From Euprymna scolopes (Eukaryota), in the NCBI GenBank assembly GCA_053919585.1, contig CM132807.1: a stretch of 64,000 bases of DNA; one strand, written 5' to 3'. Positions within the stretch are counted from its first letter, which is position 1, and each line of letters opens with the position of its first letter. Under the pieces are notes generated by a model. The model did not search any database. It worked only from the letters and a program-made list of their open reading frames with translations, and had not been told where the DNA came from. Both the position numbers and the translations under genes were made by a program. Positions 12,505 through 25,085 of the stretch are shown here, one piece after another.

Positions 12505-14418
12505 TTGTTCAAGCGGGTACAGACAACCACAAAACTTGAAAAGACGTCCGTCTACCAAACGTATGAAAGACAAATCCAATTACGGAACACCAAGAAAAAA
12601 GTTTATCAAGACGTTGCTTTGTGCGTCAACAACAAAGAGATATTATGTCATTCTGTGGTTCTTGCCGCAAGAAGTCCCGTTTTTAAGAGTCTCTTTGAGC
12701 ACGAATTCCAGAACAAACGTTCTCATTTTATTAACCTAACAGCAACCTTAAAGACCTCCAACAACCTGACCAGTCTCGTTAACTATTTATACGGCGGGGC
12801 TATACGCTTAACGAGTAACAACGTCTACATAATACTCGACGTTGCCACGCAGTATTTCTTTTATTATTTGACGAAACAATGCGAAAATTTCCTTTTCAAG
12901 AATCTCTGCCAGGAAAATCTGAGTTCCGTTTGGTACGCTGCTGAATTATTTGATCTGAAAATGCTCGCCAATATTTGCCGCTTTTTCGCGCGTGAAACAC
13001 TCAGTTCTAACGCTTCGCATTTCGACGGCATCCTAACCGGAACGCCGAAGTGGTTTGTCAGCAATTTCGTAAGATGGAGTCAGAAGTGTCAGTTGGATGA
13101 TTATTGCGTAGTTAATGCAGTAGAACAATGGTTGCAAGATGATTTTGCTGCCAGATGTGATAGCGTTTCAGATTTGCTAGAGACTTTCGAGCGGGATTCT
13201 CTGCTCGCGATTCTCTCTTCTCGACTGGAAAAGTCGAGTAATCCAGACGCGACATCGGCTAAGGGTCACATCAATCTGGTTCTAAGTCGCCTTCTTGGAT
13301 CTAGTCTTCCAAAGGAAAATTTAAAAATCACTTTCCCGCCTACAGAAAACCATGTTACAGTTTATCTACAAGAGCGGAATTCTAAGAAAATTGTCTTTTT
13401 TTGTGTTAAAACCAATTCTTGGCGGACGATGAAGAATCCAAATTTGTCAGGAAACCTGCTTGGTGTTTTACGCGACGATTCCTTTATCTTTGTGGACTAT
13501 ACTTCTTCGAATGTAAGATGTAGTGTTTATGATTTAGCAAAAGAAAAACATAAGTTATTGCCGTCGCCATTCATAAAATTGGAGATTGACGGTTACGACA
13601 TGATGACTTACGTGCAAGGAACTTCGTATTTTATTAGTGGTGGAGTCTTATTTTTGGCTCAAGCTGTAAAATCAAATCAAAGAAATAAGGAATCGGCCCC
13701 TAAAATTGTCTTGTATAAATTTTCATCCGCATCCGGCATCTGGAGTTATGTACGAAGCTTTCCGTTAGAAAATGATTACATATTTAAATGTCTTCATACC
13801 CTCACGTTTGCTGATGAGAAAGTCGTGATCACTGTGACGGTCGTCAACAAGCAAATTCGAGATGATTATAACGGTTTTGAGGAGAGCTCTATTTTTTATA
13901 CACTTGACCGAAACGCGGAGCTTTCGGCAAAGCCAATCTTTGCTAATTTCGGATTGGCAATCACGAAGCGCAATGTAATATTGATCGGGGATTTTCTACA
14001 GTTTGTTACGGAAATGGAGGCCGATTACATCCACTGTCAACCGCACTGTGTGTCTGTCCATCTACAAGATGGCTCTGTCGCTCAAACGACTCTCCCGCCT
14101 CCCTGGAAGATAATCGCGTCTTTCCCGCAGCTGAAACACAGTGGTAAGCTGAACGATCTCTTCCCTCGGCATAACATTCGTTTCATGGAGCACAACATCT
14201 GTTGCTTGTCACATATTGCTCCCAGTATGTTGAATGTGATAATCTACGACTTCTACGGGGATCGGTGGAAAATTGCGCCTCCTATCCCCCTTCCCGGTAT
14301 CGATAGGGTGACCTTGCATCACTGCTATTCATATAAACCTATAAGTGACGTTATAAGGAAACAAGAGAAATCTATTCCGCGGAAGAAGCGCTGTTTCTCC
14401 GACAGCGTACTAATATAG
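12505..14418 (+). CDS. BTB/POZ-BACK protein with degenerate Kelch-like C-terminus; large terminal exon, start lies upstream
   Basis: 637-codon ORF; BTB motifs DVALCV...HSVVLAARSPVFKSLF and LVNYLYGG; BACK-like CENFL...N...AAELFDL; T-rich tract plus AG at 12502-12503 marks an acceptor; AATAAA at 14443. Confidence 0.9.
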   Translation: MFKRVQTTTKLEKTSVYQTYERQIQLRNTKKKVYQDVALCVNNKEILCHSVVLAARSPVFKSLFEHEFQNKRSHFINLTATLKTSNNLTSLVNYLYGGAIRLTSNNVYIILDVATQYFFYYLTKQCENFLFKNLCQENLSSVWYAAELFDLKMLANICRFFARETLSSNASHFDGILTGTPKWFVSNFVRWSQKCQLDDYCVVNAVEQWLQDDFAARCDSVSDLLETFERDSLLAILSSRLEKSSNPDATSAKGHINLVLSRLLGSSLPKENLKITFPPTENHVTVYLQERNSKKIVFFCVKTNSWRTMKNPNLSGNLLGVLRDDSFIFVDYTSSNVRCSVYDLAKEKHKLLPSPFIKLEIDGYDMMTYVQGTSYFISGGVLFLAQAVKSNQRNKESAPKIVLYKFSSASGIWSYVRSFPLENDYIFKCLHTLTFADEKVVITVTVVNKQIRDDYNGFEESSIFYTLDRNAELSAKPIFANFGLAITKRNVILIGDFLQFVTEMEADYIHCQPHCVSVHLQDGSVAQTTLPPPWKIIASFPQLKHSGKLNDLFPRHNIRFMEHNICCLSHIAPSMLNVIIYDFYGDRWKIAPPIPLPGIDRVTLHHCYSYKPISDVIRKQEKSIPRKKRCFSDSVLI

Positions 14419-15295
14419 CGATTGCCATTGAATTATCTATATAATAAACTTGGAGCATTTTTATAAAAAAAATGCTGTTTAAATTTATATGGGCGCCAAC
14501 TACATTCATTGTATTGTAGACTTAGCACTTTCATAAGCAGACTTTGTGCTAGAAAATCCACTAGCACAGAAAGGGATTCGGCGATGTAACTATGAGGAAA
14601 AAAAAAAAAGCTTTCGTTTTTTAAATATAAAACGAGGATCATCAACTGTTTACCATGTAGCTGTTTCAAAGATTAAAAAAAAAAAGACATGTTAAATTCA
14701 TTGTTCTCTACTGGAAAATACAACTTTCCCCAATAAGAAACCTAGACAGAAACCAGTTATTTTACTTGTATAAGGGAATCGAAATCTTAATAATAGTTCC
14801 CTAAACAATGAGATATTTATTTTTCGAAGCCAAACACTTTATACCATTTTTAATTATATATTTTTACAAACAGTTGAACATTTTAATTTGTGCACCTTTT
14901 TTTAGAAAGTAATACGTCAAAGCTTCAGTTCTTCCACCTGTCTTGATGCGGTTTTTTAGAGAAAATCCTAAAATGGACCACGTTTATTAAAAAATTTTAA
15001 TTTCAGAATTGTCCACCTAGATATCATTGTTTTCCATGCATAAGACTTTGCCTTTTTTTTTTTTTTTTTTTTTTTCTAAATTTTTCTTTCAAGAGAAATA
15101 TTATGGTTTAGTCATAAACAACATTAAGTTATGATTATAAAATTCGTACAAACCTATAAGTGAGGTCCGACATTTTGCAAAAGTTATCGGACCTTCTTTA
15201 GGTAATGTGCCTATCTACTTGAATCCCTACGAGGGCAGAATTAAACTCAAAATCGAGTTTGGCGCTTAAGAGCGGAATTCGAAAATCGAAATGGT

Positions 15296-15645
15296 GAATT
15301 TCAAGTAAAACCAATGGTATCTACTTAATTGTTGTGTAGTAGTAATGAACATATCCAAAAATTATGAAAAACAATAAGGTAAAAAATTATTAATGAAAAT
15401 AATTTTCGAAAACAATTAGCGAAAATGAGTTTTGCTAAGGTTTTCAAAGAATTACCTCCCTTATGAGTCTAACTCTTCGGTTTTTTTATTATGTAAAACA
15501 TTATTTTCGCTAATTGTCTTCGAAAAGAATTTTCATTAATTTATTTTCTATCTTATTGTTTTTTTTTTTTTTCGTAATTTTTGAATTTGTTCATTACTGC
15601 GACATGGCAATTAAGTAAATTTCATTGGTTTTACTTGAAATTCAG
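15296..15645. repeat. Foldback element (inverted arms ~140 bp)
   Basis: tgaatttcaagtaaaaccaatg...caattagcgaaaat is inverted against attttcgctaattg...cattggttttacttgaaattca. Confidence 0.7.
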
Positions 15646-18105
15646 TATTTTGATTATATAATTTCGCTTTAATAACGATCTGTTCACCAAAAGGTGATAT
15701 TTCTCTGACTACGCACTAATGTAGTGGTTATCATTTAATTATATATATAAAAAAAGTGATAGCTAACCGAAGTACATCACGCTAATAATGTCTCCCCAAA
15801 CGCCGACATGGCTTTTTCTTTTTGAAACCAAGTATTTTATGTTGGTACCTATTTTGGCAATTATTCAGAATTGCACTTATGGCGGAAATTAAAGTAAACA
15901 CAAAAGTCTGTATAATGTACGTGCCAGTAACGCAACGAAGATGTCATATTACACAAATCACGTAATTTGATCAAGTATTTTTTTAAAGAAAATTTAATTT
16001 TACGATTAAACGAGTCGCAGTGTTTTAGTCGGCCATGATGAAATCCGATGAAATAAGAGGAAGACAACTCAATTCGAAGTGTCTAGTTTAAAATCGGCCT
16101 TTATATTCATTACAATTTAGTAGTAAAATCGCTAAAAATCGTAAATTTTAATTTTCGTGGTTAAAAAAAATACTTGATAAATTTTACGTAATTTTTGGAA
16201 TATGACATCTTTGTTCCGTAACGAGTACGTACATAAAGATTTTTCTGTATTTAAGTGTAATTCTGAATAAACACTTATTTTATATTTTCGAACACCTGAA
16301 CATTCTAATTTATTGTTTCTTGTTAGAAAATAATACGTCACGGCTTCTGTTACTTCTTAATCCGTGTTGACGCGCTTTCTTACTAAGAGAGAATTTCCAT
16401 TTTAAAAAAAAAAAAAAAAAAAATTAAAATCTCTCGTTGTTCAGATTTGTTGAATTTCCAAACTGCCCATCTAGATATCATTGTTTTTATGCCATAAGTC
16501 CTTTTTTAAAAAGCTTTTTCAATTTATTTCCAAAAGAGAATGTTATATTTAATAGCCACATACAGTCTTGAACCTTGTCAAATCGAGGAAGCTTTCCAAA
16601 TTGTATTTAAATTAATCTGAGCTAATGGAAAGTAACTGAGCCAGCATATTTTTTATACAAAGTTTTTATATTTTTATTTTTTTAATTTTATATTGAAACC
16701 GTTATCTTTTTTTTTTTTTTTTTTTTTTTTTTTTCCAAGAAAACAAAATCCCAGAAATAAAACTGTTATTCCGTCTCTCTTTTTTTTCTTTTTTTTTTTT
16801 CTTTATCAAAATTTTTATTGCGCAATGAGCTAGTTAAGTCATATTCCTTGGAGTTATTCAGTGGGAAAATATTTTAAACCCAAGAATCTCAAATATGACT
16901 ATAAGCATTGAAACTGGAACTTTCTATCATTGGATTTTGTCAGAATTAACAAAATTTAAGGATTATGCTTGGATTTCTCCGTCTCGATCTGAGTCTACAT
17001 CAGAACTGGTTAGTCTTTTTAACGTAAAATAATGACTGTTTAATTGAAGCTTCTTTTTTGTTTGTTTAATTCGAAGAAACACACCCAAACAGTCATCGAT
17101 TTACAAAAACAAATAAAATCAGATACCTATATTATTGGTAATGGAAACGTTTGATTTAATAAAAAATAAAATTACAAAATAAAAAAAAATTGAAAAGAGT
17201 TTGTAATAAAATAAAAACCATGTTTTCAAAATAATTACATTAGTTCATTTTCATGACTGCCTTTTTTTATATATAATAAAAACTGCATATTGATTAGTTT
17301 TCGAAATGTACAGTTAAATTTGTTATGCGAATATGCTATTGAGTCAAAGTATTGCAGAGCAATAATCTCAAGAACGCTAATGTCATCAAACTAAACAGTT
17401 TTTATTATTTTTTTTAAGACGAGTAATCGCTCTTGGCCGTTTCTTGATAAAATGGTGGTCAGACTCTTTCCGATAAGAAAGTAAAAATTTCAAACTGTCA
17501 ATGAAACTTAAAATATTACTTTTCGAAACGATGTCTACATAACAAGAATATCACTTATGTTAATCAGCAAAAACGGTGTGATTTTTTTTTTCTTTCGAGG
17601 AGGGAATTTCGCATTTTTCTAGCCTAAAATGTTCATCTAACATTTCAGTGTTTTAATCGACATGATGGGTTACCATTTCAAATTTTTAATAAGACAGACC
17701 TCTTTCCCTCTCACTTTTTTTTTTTTTCGAAATTTTTTTTGTTTCTGTTTAGCATTCAATCGCACTACATTTTAGGGTTTTACTTCTATTACTTTCGTTT
17801 AAGGTTTCTACAAGAATTTATGGAAATCAAATTTTAGTTGTGGATAACCCTAACCCTTAATCCTAATTGCTGAGCTCAAGCCAAACCTAACAATAAACCA
17901 ACAGTGACAATTTCGCTTAGAGATTGAAGTTTAAGTAGATTCAAATAAGTAATGCTACGGACATTCGTAAATTTTAGAAATACGGGAAATTGTGCTGGTG
18001 TAGATTCGTGATCTTTTTAATCACCGCATTTCAGGTGAAAACATGATTTCGTACTTGCGTGTCATGTTAAAATTATAAATTCCCCAAATTACGAAAAATG
18101 ATTCG

Positions 18106-18148
<43 letters not shown>

Positions 18149-19836
18149 ATCGATTTAGTTTAATGTTTTTAACGTGGAAGAGTTCTCAAATTTTCAGGGG
18201 AGGTAACCAGTGGGAAAAGAACCTTTCAGGTCTAATATTGTATTAGACGGCTATTATTCTGGAGAGATGTGTACAATTGTTAATAATACATTTTATAACT
18301 TTATAAGCAATATATTTGATTTTCATAAATCATTTCTCTTAGGGTTAGTGGAGAATTTTATTTTTCGTAACTACGGTCCTTATATTGGAGGTTAGTTTCA
18401 GCCGATGTACCCTCCAACCTTCTTCAGGTACATGTGTAACTCTGGAATCGGTACGGAATTTTGAGCGTAACCCTTTATTTCAGTCATGAAGGAGTAGATT
18501 GTTTTCGTTTCATCAGCAGGGAAGAAAACTACACTGTTCTATATTATACTACATTTGCAATCCTATGTATATATTACCTGGCAAGTTTAAAACGGATAAG
18601 CTTGAGGCAAGGTTTGGCCAGTACCGGCAACTTAATAAGCATCAGTATAAGTATGAACCTGCTACTTAACTAAACTATTGATTTAAAAAAAAAATTAACA
18701 ATTTTAATTTTTAGGAATTAAGATTCTCTATTACACCCAAATAATAGAACAATTGTTTTATCTGAAAGCCTCCGTTCAGTCTCTGGAGGTAAATGGCTAC
18801 CTCCTCACCCTGTAAGAGTAGCTGTGCATGTAATTATGAGGCAATGGTTGCGCAATATCCAACCACACCTTTCTTGAATTGCCACTGCTTGAGTTCAGTG
18901 GCAAGCAGAAGTGCTAGACGACTGGAAACAATGCCGAGATAAGCGGAGAGCACATACAAAACCTGGAATTCCCAAATGGTCAGCCATTTTAGTACTGACC
19001 AGGCTTAACGGTTTATATAATTATACTGTTACCGATAAACTTTAAAAATGTTCTTTCCTCCATTCTGTGGCTCGGACAATTAGATGTGCGCATAACGTTG
19101 AATGTTTTTGCTAATCTTTTTCATGTGGACTCTTGTGGTGAGGGTCACAATATTGAAAGTAGGGAAAAAATGAACATTGGAGCTTAACAAAAATTTGAAC
19201 AATATTTGTGGCAAAGAAAACGATATTAACAAGAAATTCATCGGAAGAAAATTTGTGCAATTTATTCAAGACTAATTCAAGATGAAAATATTGAGGAAAA
19301 AAAATGTACGTACTCGTTACGGAATACAGTTATCACTTAATTTAATAAAGTATTTTTTTTTAACAAAGGAGTTACCACTTATCAAGGCTCGAAGGCCACT
19401 CGAGGATAAGGGTTAATAAGCGTACAGCGGTCAATGGGACAATGTCGTAATAATTGTTAGTGGAAATCTGAACTGAATTGCTCAAGAACTTATTTACACT
19501 GGACTTGAAGACGACTATGACGTGCCCCTTCTGAGTTTTTATATATAAATTAACTAAAAAGGAATGTTTTCTCTCAGATCGCGTGGAGTTCGCTGTAGAG
19601 GGGTACGCGCCCGCCCGTATTTCATTGACTTCCTCACCAAAAAAAAAAAAAAAAAAGTATCCAAACGGGGATAACAATTATCCACTCTCTTCTCTGGTTT
19701 AAATACGGTCTATAGGCCTGTGTGTTGTATAAAATATATTTTAGATGGATAGGTTTTTCTTGGCCATCAGCTAATCATCGCTGCAATAGAATGTGGGTTA
19801 GAAAAGTCTCGGCATATTTTGGGCATGAAGAGATAA

Positions 19837-19876
<40 letters not shown>

Positions 19877-19879
<3 letters not shown>

Positions 19880-19985
19880 TAAAGATTTAGAAGGCTGTCA
19901 CAATGCGAGGAATAAAATATAGTCGTTGTAAGTAAAAGTAGACGAGAACAAGTGGCGATTTACAAAGCAGTAAGTACATACACAT

Positions 19986-20027
<42 letters not shown>

Positions 20028-21773
20028 CAGTTGTATTAGGTAAAATGTCGTACTTGTTATGTCTGCGACAATATCCATTATTAATTTCGGAAAAAAAATT
20101 CCCTTTTCAAATGGTGAACGTGACAGATCGATTCAAAGCATGCTAGGAATGAGATCATCCGCATCCAAAACAAATGCAGCAAGCCAAAAAAAAAAGACAG
20201 AATGCACAAAACGGTTCCACCAGGTCCTAGAGACAAACGGATACCCCCAGCACTGTCATTAAACACTTCTGGAACACGAGAAAACGTAAGAAGCTTCCCC
20301 ACTAATACTTGCTTCCTTAAAATGCCCCATCTCAGCGACAAGATCACAAGGGCTATCAGAAGAGAGGGTCTCAATATGCAACTAGCCCACTCCGGACTAT
20401 CCCTTAGACAAAAGCTCTCTAAACACAGGCACAACGAAGACCCACCACCATGCACATTGGCAAATTGCCCAGTATACCCCGCAACCATCTGCCACTGCAC
20501 ACACGTAGTATACAGACTAGAACTCTCTGCCTGCGGAAAATTCTATGTGGGCAGCACCACGAAACCCCTACATATAAGAATTAAGGAACACACACAAGCA
20601 TCATCATTCCGCAAACACCAACACCTGCAGAAACACTAATACATCTATTAAAGTCGATATTTTAATCACAGAACGCAATATTGGGAATCTTCGCATAACA
20701 GAATCATTACTAATATCCAATTACGGCCAGAACTCAACAACAGACTGGAGCTCGGATCTTCATTCATTATATAACTTTACATACGGCTCCCACCAAAGAC
20801 TTACCATAACCCATTAGAACAGGTACACCACTGCACACCGCTTACAGTACAGGTAGGACATTACTACAAGCCCCCCTCCCATATAAATTATATAAGAAAA
20901 AAAATAAAAATAAAAGAAATTTAATAAATAAAAAACAGCAGTATATATTAAACAATAAATAAATAAAAAAAAATAGCTAACTGATGTACATAAACCAATT
21001 AAATAAATGTCCCATCTATTACCACTTATAATTTTATAGAAATAAATAAATTAACAACTCCCAAGGAATGTAATCCCAATGTCCTCCTTCCCAAATATCT
21101 TCCTACTCCTGGCAACACTAACCTAAACACCCAGTTACCGACTGGGAGCATACCACCCCACCTCCCCTCCCCTCTCACATCCCACCCCTACTTTTATTCT
21201 TCAATAGCTAACCGGACACAGCCTACCCGCGACTTACGTGACCTAGATAAACTAAGGCATCCCACACATCAGCAGAAAGAAAAAAAAAAAAAATAATAAT
21301 AAAGACAACAAAATAGAAAACATACAAAATTTAAAAAAGCTCACGCTAAAGCAACAAGTTATAAACTAAAAAAAAAACAAATAAAAATATAAACATGTTA
21401 ATTACCTAATCAAACCATACATAAACCCCTCCTCACATTTGCTCCGAGGCCCCACACAGCTATCCAACTTCCGCTCCACCATCTAGCATGCTTTGAATCG
21501 ATCTGTTACGTTCACCATTTGAAAAGGGAATTTTCTTCCGAAATTAATAATGGATATTGTCGCAGACATAACAAGACATTTTACCTAATACAATTGAATA
21601 AATATATGTACATATAAACATGTGTATGTACTTATTGATTTGTAAATCGCCACTTGTTCTCGTCTACTTTTACCAACAACGACTATATTTCATTCCTCGC
21701 ATTGTGACAGCCTTCTAAATTTTTACTACATACCTATCCCGCACAATGCTTCAAGCAAACTACACATCAATCC
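19877..21773 (+). mobile_element. 5'-truncated Penelope-like element with inverted pseudo-LTR
   Basis: GIY-YIG endonuclease in ORF 20202-20639 (HVVYRLELSACGKFYVGSTTKPLHIRIKEH); 19877-20146 is an inverted copy of 21483-21728; (TA)n on both flanks. Confidence 0.85.
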
Positions 21774-22378
21774 TATATATATATATATATATATATATTA
21801 TTTTAATGAACAGAATCGAAGAACGAACAGGTAATATATACAAATTTAAAAAAAGACCATAATATTTCAGTTCAATAATGCTTATTTCTTTTTTTTTTTC
21901 TTAAGCTCTCAACAACGAATCAAAACGGATTCACAACCAAAAAGGTTTATAGAGTTATTCCCCTGTTACCATTGATTTTGCTTTTTATGTCTCTTAATGG
22001 TTGATTCGCCATTTGTTTATAGTGTTTTTTTGTTTTTTTTTCTTTCATACGATGAACTTTTCTTTTTGTCGAGTACTAACAAAATCTGAATTTTCGTATT
22101 TTTAATATTCCTCTTAAAGAGATCCGAATTTTTCTTTTATTATTTACAAATAGAAAGAGTGAAAGATGAATCAACCTTGTTTTACGCTGAAGGACAACGA
22201 CCATATACAATTCCTGTACTTTGTGATGTTCATTTTATCAGCGGAGTTCAGACGTCTTTCTTCTTCGGACTCCTGTCTACAACTAATTTGGCGTTTAAAA
22301 TTCTTAACGGCTAGCCTTTTCCGAAAGAGACGCCGGATATGTTTCTTCTGAATTTTAAATATATCAGCGTTTTTCTTT

Positions 22379-22423
<45 letters not shown>

Positions 22424-23385
22424 CTTCACTCTTAGATATCGCCGTTTTTGCTATGGTAACGGCTTACTTGTCTCACGTTTTTGAATTTTTAATCATTAAA
22501 TTCTTTTTTTTTTTTTTTATTAATACGATATTGATATACTTCAACTATCGTCCCACGACCATATTATAGTCAGCTGGAAAGCAGGCAAAAGGAAGAGTTC
22601 CACAGGTGTGCAGTTCTTTTTAATCCCATCTTTATTTTTTTTACTTAATCATTTCTTCATTTAAAGGCACTTCCCCCTTGTCCGAAATAGGTAAGATGGC
22701 GGGATAAAATTTGATTTTCTCCTGTTAAAAAAAAAAATTAAATGATTATGGGATATAGTTTTCATAAAAATAATGAGTACGTAGAATATATTTTTCTTCA
22801 ATAATTTCATTTTTAATGTCTTGATTAAACTGCACAAGTGCCGAAAATTTCAAACCTTCAACGAAATTGACATTTTTCCCCTCTACCGTTGATTTATAAA
22901 GAAATATTTCTGCACTAGTAACTGTATTGTTTGTTTAAATTTAATTTTTATGTAACTTATTTGTTTTCAAATTTATCGTTCGTTTGATTTTTAACTTGTT
23001 TAAATTGAATTCCTAATTTAGTTTTTGCAGTATTTGTTAGTTTACCACTAAAACTTTTTTTTATTTTTTACAATTTATATTGAATAAATTTCAGTTTCTG
23101 TATAAACCGAATTTTTTTTTATTCAATTTTTAAGTAAATAATGAACGAATTTTAGTCTTTAAAGTCCATAAAACAACGTTAACTTTTAACGCAGAAACAA
23201 CGCACCAATTTTCTTTTGTATGCTTGCTTTTTTTTTTTTTATTGATATTGAGTATAAATTTTGTTCCTTAATTTTTTTTTCTTTTTCAAAGTAATTTTAA
23301 AGGTTTTTTTTTTATTTTTTATTTTATTTTATTTTATTTTTTTTAACTCGTCAACTCATGTACAGTTTGACTGTCCGACAGATAT

Positions 23386-23570
23386 TGTTTGCGTGTACAT
23401 TAGGCACGACGTCATTTTTTTTTTTTTTGTTTTTTTGTTTTTTGTTTTTGTTTTTTGTTTGCGTGTACATTAGGCACGACGTCATTTGTTTTGTTTTTTT
23501 TGTTTTTGTTTTTTGTTTGCGTGTACATTAGGCACGACGTCATTTGTTTTTTTTTTTTTTTTTTTTTTTT
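23386..23570 (+). repeat. Tandem repeat, 3 copies of ttgtttgcgtgtacattaggcacgacgtcattt with T-rich spacers
   Basis: Directly visible identical core three times. Confidence 0.85.
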
Positions 23571-23788
23571 TTACGCTTCTATTTATTTTACGGCGACCAC
23601 AATTCGATGAATTCCAGTAAAATTAACTACTTGCGAAAACCTTATACAACATTGTTTCTGATGCCGGGCGACTCCAAACTACCTTGCTAGGAAATCACAG
23701 CGATTCGGGTGTCGTTGACACTGGTTAAAAATTCCAGATGCCCCTTATTTCTGCTTACCAGATAAAAAATGAATCACTCTGTAAGGTA

Positions 23789-24620
23789 CAAGGTGGAACA
23801 ATAGAAGTGTCGCCCAAAAGAAAACAACGCTGCAGTTTATTGTAAAATTTTGGAAAAAAAATCAAGTAACTTGAGTATGTAGTCGAGCTGACATCTTTTC
23901 ATTATAGCTGCCTTCAATCTCAATCACAGCCTCGACACAGGAACGGAACTGGAAGCATGCCTTTTCCACAAGCGCTGGCAGGAGCTCGGCGATCCGGCTG
24001 GCTTTGGTGTTATGGACAGTCATGTTGATGATGTTCTCGACGTATGACCAAATGAAGTAGTCGAGGGAGGAGGGGACAGTGAGAGAAGGGTGCGATGTCG
24101 TAGCACTTCTTCTGAAGCCAAGCCTGGGTCTCTTTGGACCTGTGGGCCGGCGTCGAATCTTGCTGCCACACCCAGGATCTGCTAGCGGCCAACTGACTGC
24201 ATCAGGGGATCACCACACTCTTCAGCACATCCAGGTACACTTTGGTGTTGACTTTCAAGCCGACTTCGAAGATATGTGGCCCTCACTTGAAATCACATCA
24301 GAGACCATAACCGTGACCGAAAAAAAAAAAAATTTTCATCACCCTGAGCAAGCCCTTTTATTCGTATTAAACCAGCGATGCATTTTGGGTGTGCTGGCAA
24401 TGGTCCTGTTGTCATTTTTGATCGGTAGAGAGCATGAGTTGTGCAGCGACGCATTTCCGATCCCGCTCGTTGAACATTGTATCACTTTCAGACTTTCTTA
24501 TCACTCTTAGGACTTGTACACAACTGGACAACTAGTAGATGATCTGCACAAAAAAAAACGGTTTTTATCAAACGGAAATGGAATCATGTCGTCTTTTATC
24601 GGGCGATAATTTTATCGTTT
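23789..24620 (-). mobile_element. Tc1/mariner transposon relic
   Basis: Transposase fragment WVWQQDSTPAHRSKETQAWL; TA|caaggtgg terminus; degenerate opposite TIR near 24600; same family as 42110-42802. Confidence 0.8.
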
Positions 24621-24624
24621 AACT

Positions 24625-25085
24625 TTCTTCTTCAAACTTGTTATTTTCATAACGTTTTGGTCTATATAATCTCCGACCTTTTTCAGATGTGTTTTTCTGC
24701 CAGTTTCAAGCATAATCCTTATACTCTATCCAGGGGGTAGTATGCCCTCGTTCCATCAGCCATGACTGAGAAGTTATAAGTAATTCGAAATTGTATTTTG
24801 AATGTTGCCTGTTCTGAGGATTGAACTTTCAACTTCCAGAAGAATGTAGCTTTACAACTAAATTTTAACCAAACACTTTATCCACTGCACCACGGATCCT
24901 TGCAAACTAAACAAAAAGTTCTGATATAAATTCTGTGCACATCCCAGATTTTGACAGAAATATTCTAAAGTCCGACAAGGTACACTTACAGAAGGTCGGA
25001 GATTACATCGACCGAAATGTTGTGGAAATAACACTCAAGATGAGAACAGTAGCCCAAAGAATCTAAATAATATGAATAATGAAAC
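24625..25085. mobile_element. Element with inverted hammerhead-like arms around a tRNA-like core
   Basis: Arms 24640-24690 and ~24980-25035 are inverted (aggtcggagattacatcgaccgaaa); minus-strand A-box tggtgcagtgg and B-box-like agttcaatcct at ~24815-24897. Confidence 0.5.

Noticed and set aside
12504-12540. Start codon supplied by a trans-spliced leader ending in AUG
   Set aside because: Joining AUG at the 12503 acceptor gives the wrong frame, with a stop within about 12 codons
23386-23570. Identical repeats with variable spacers (CRISPR-like look)
   Set aside because: Spacers are low-complexity poly-T variants, there are only 3 units, the context is eukaryotic, and no cas genes are present
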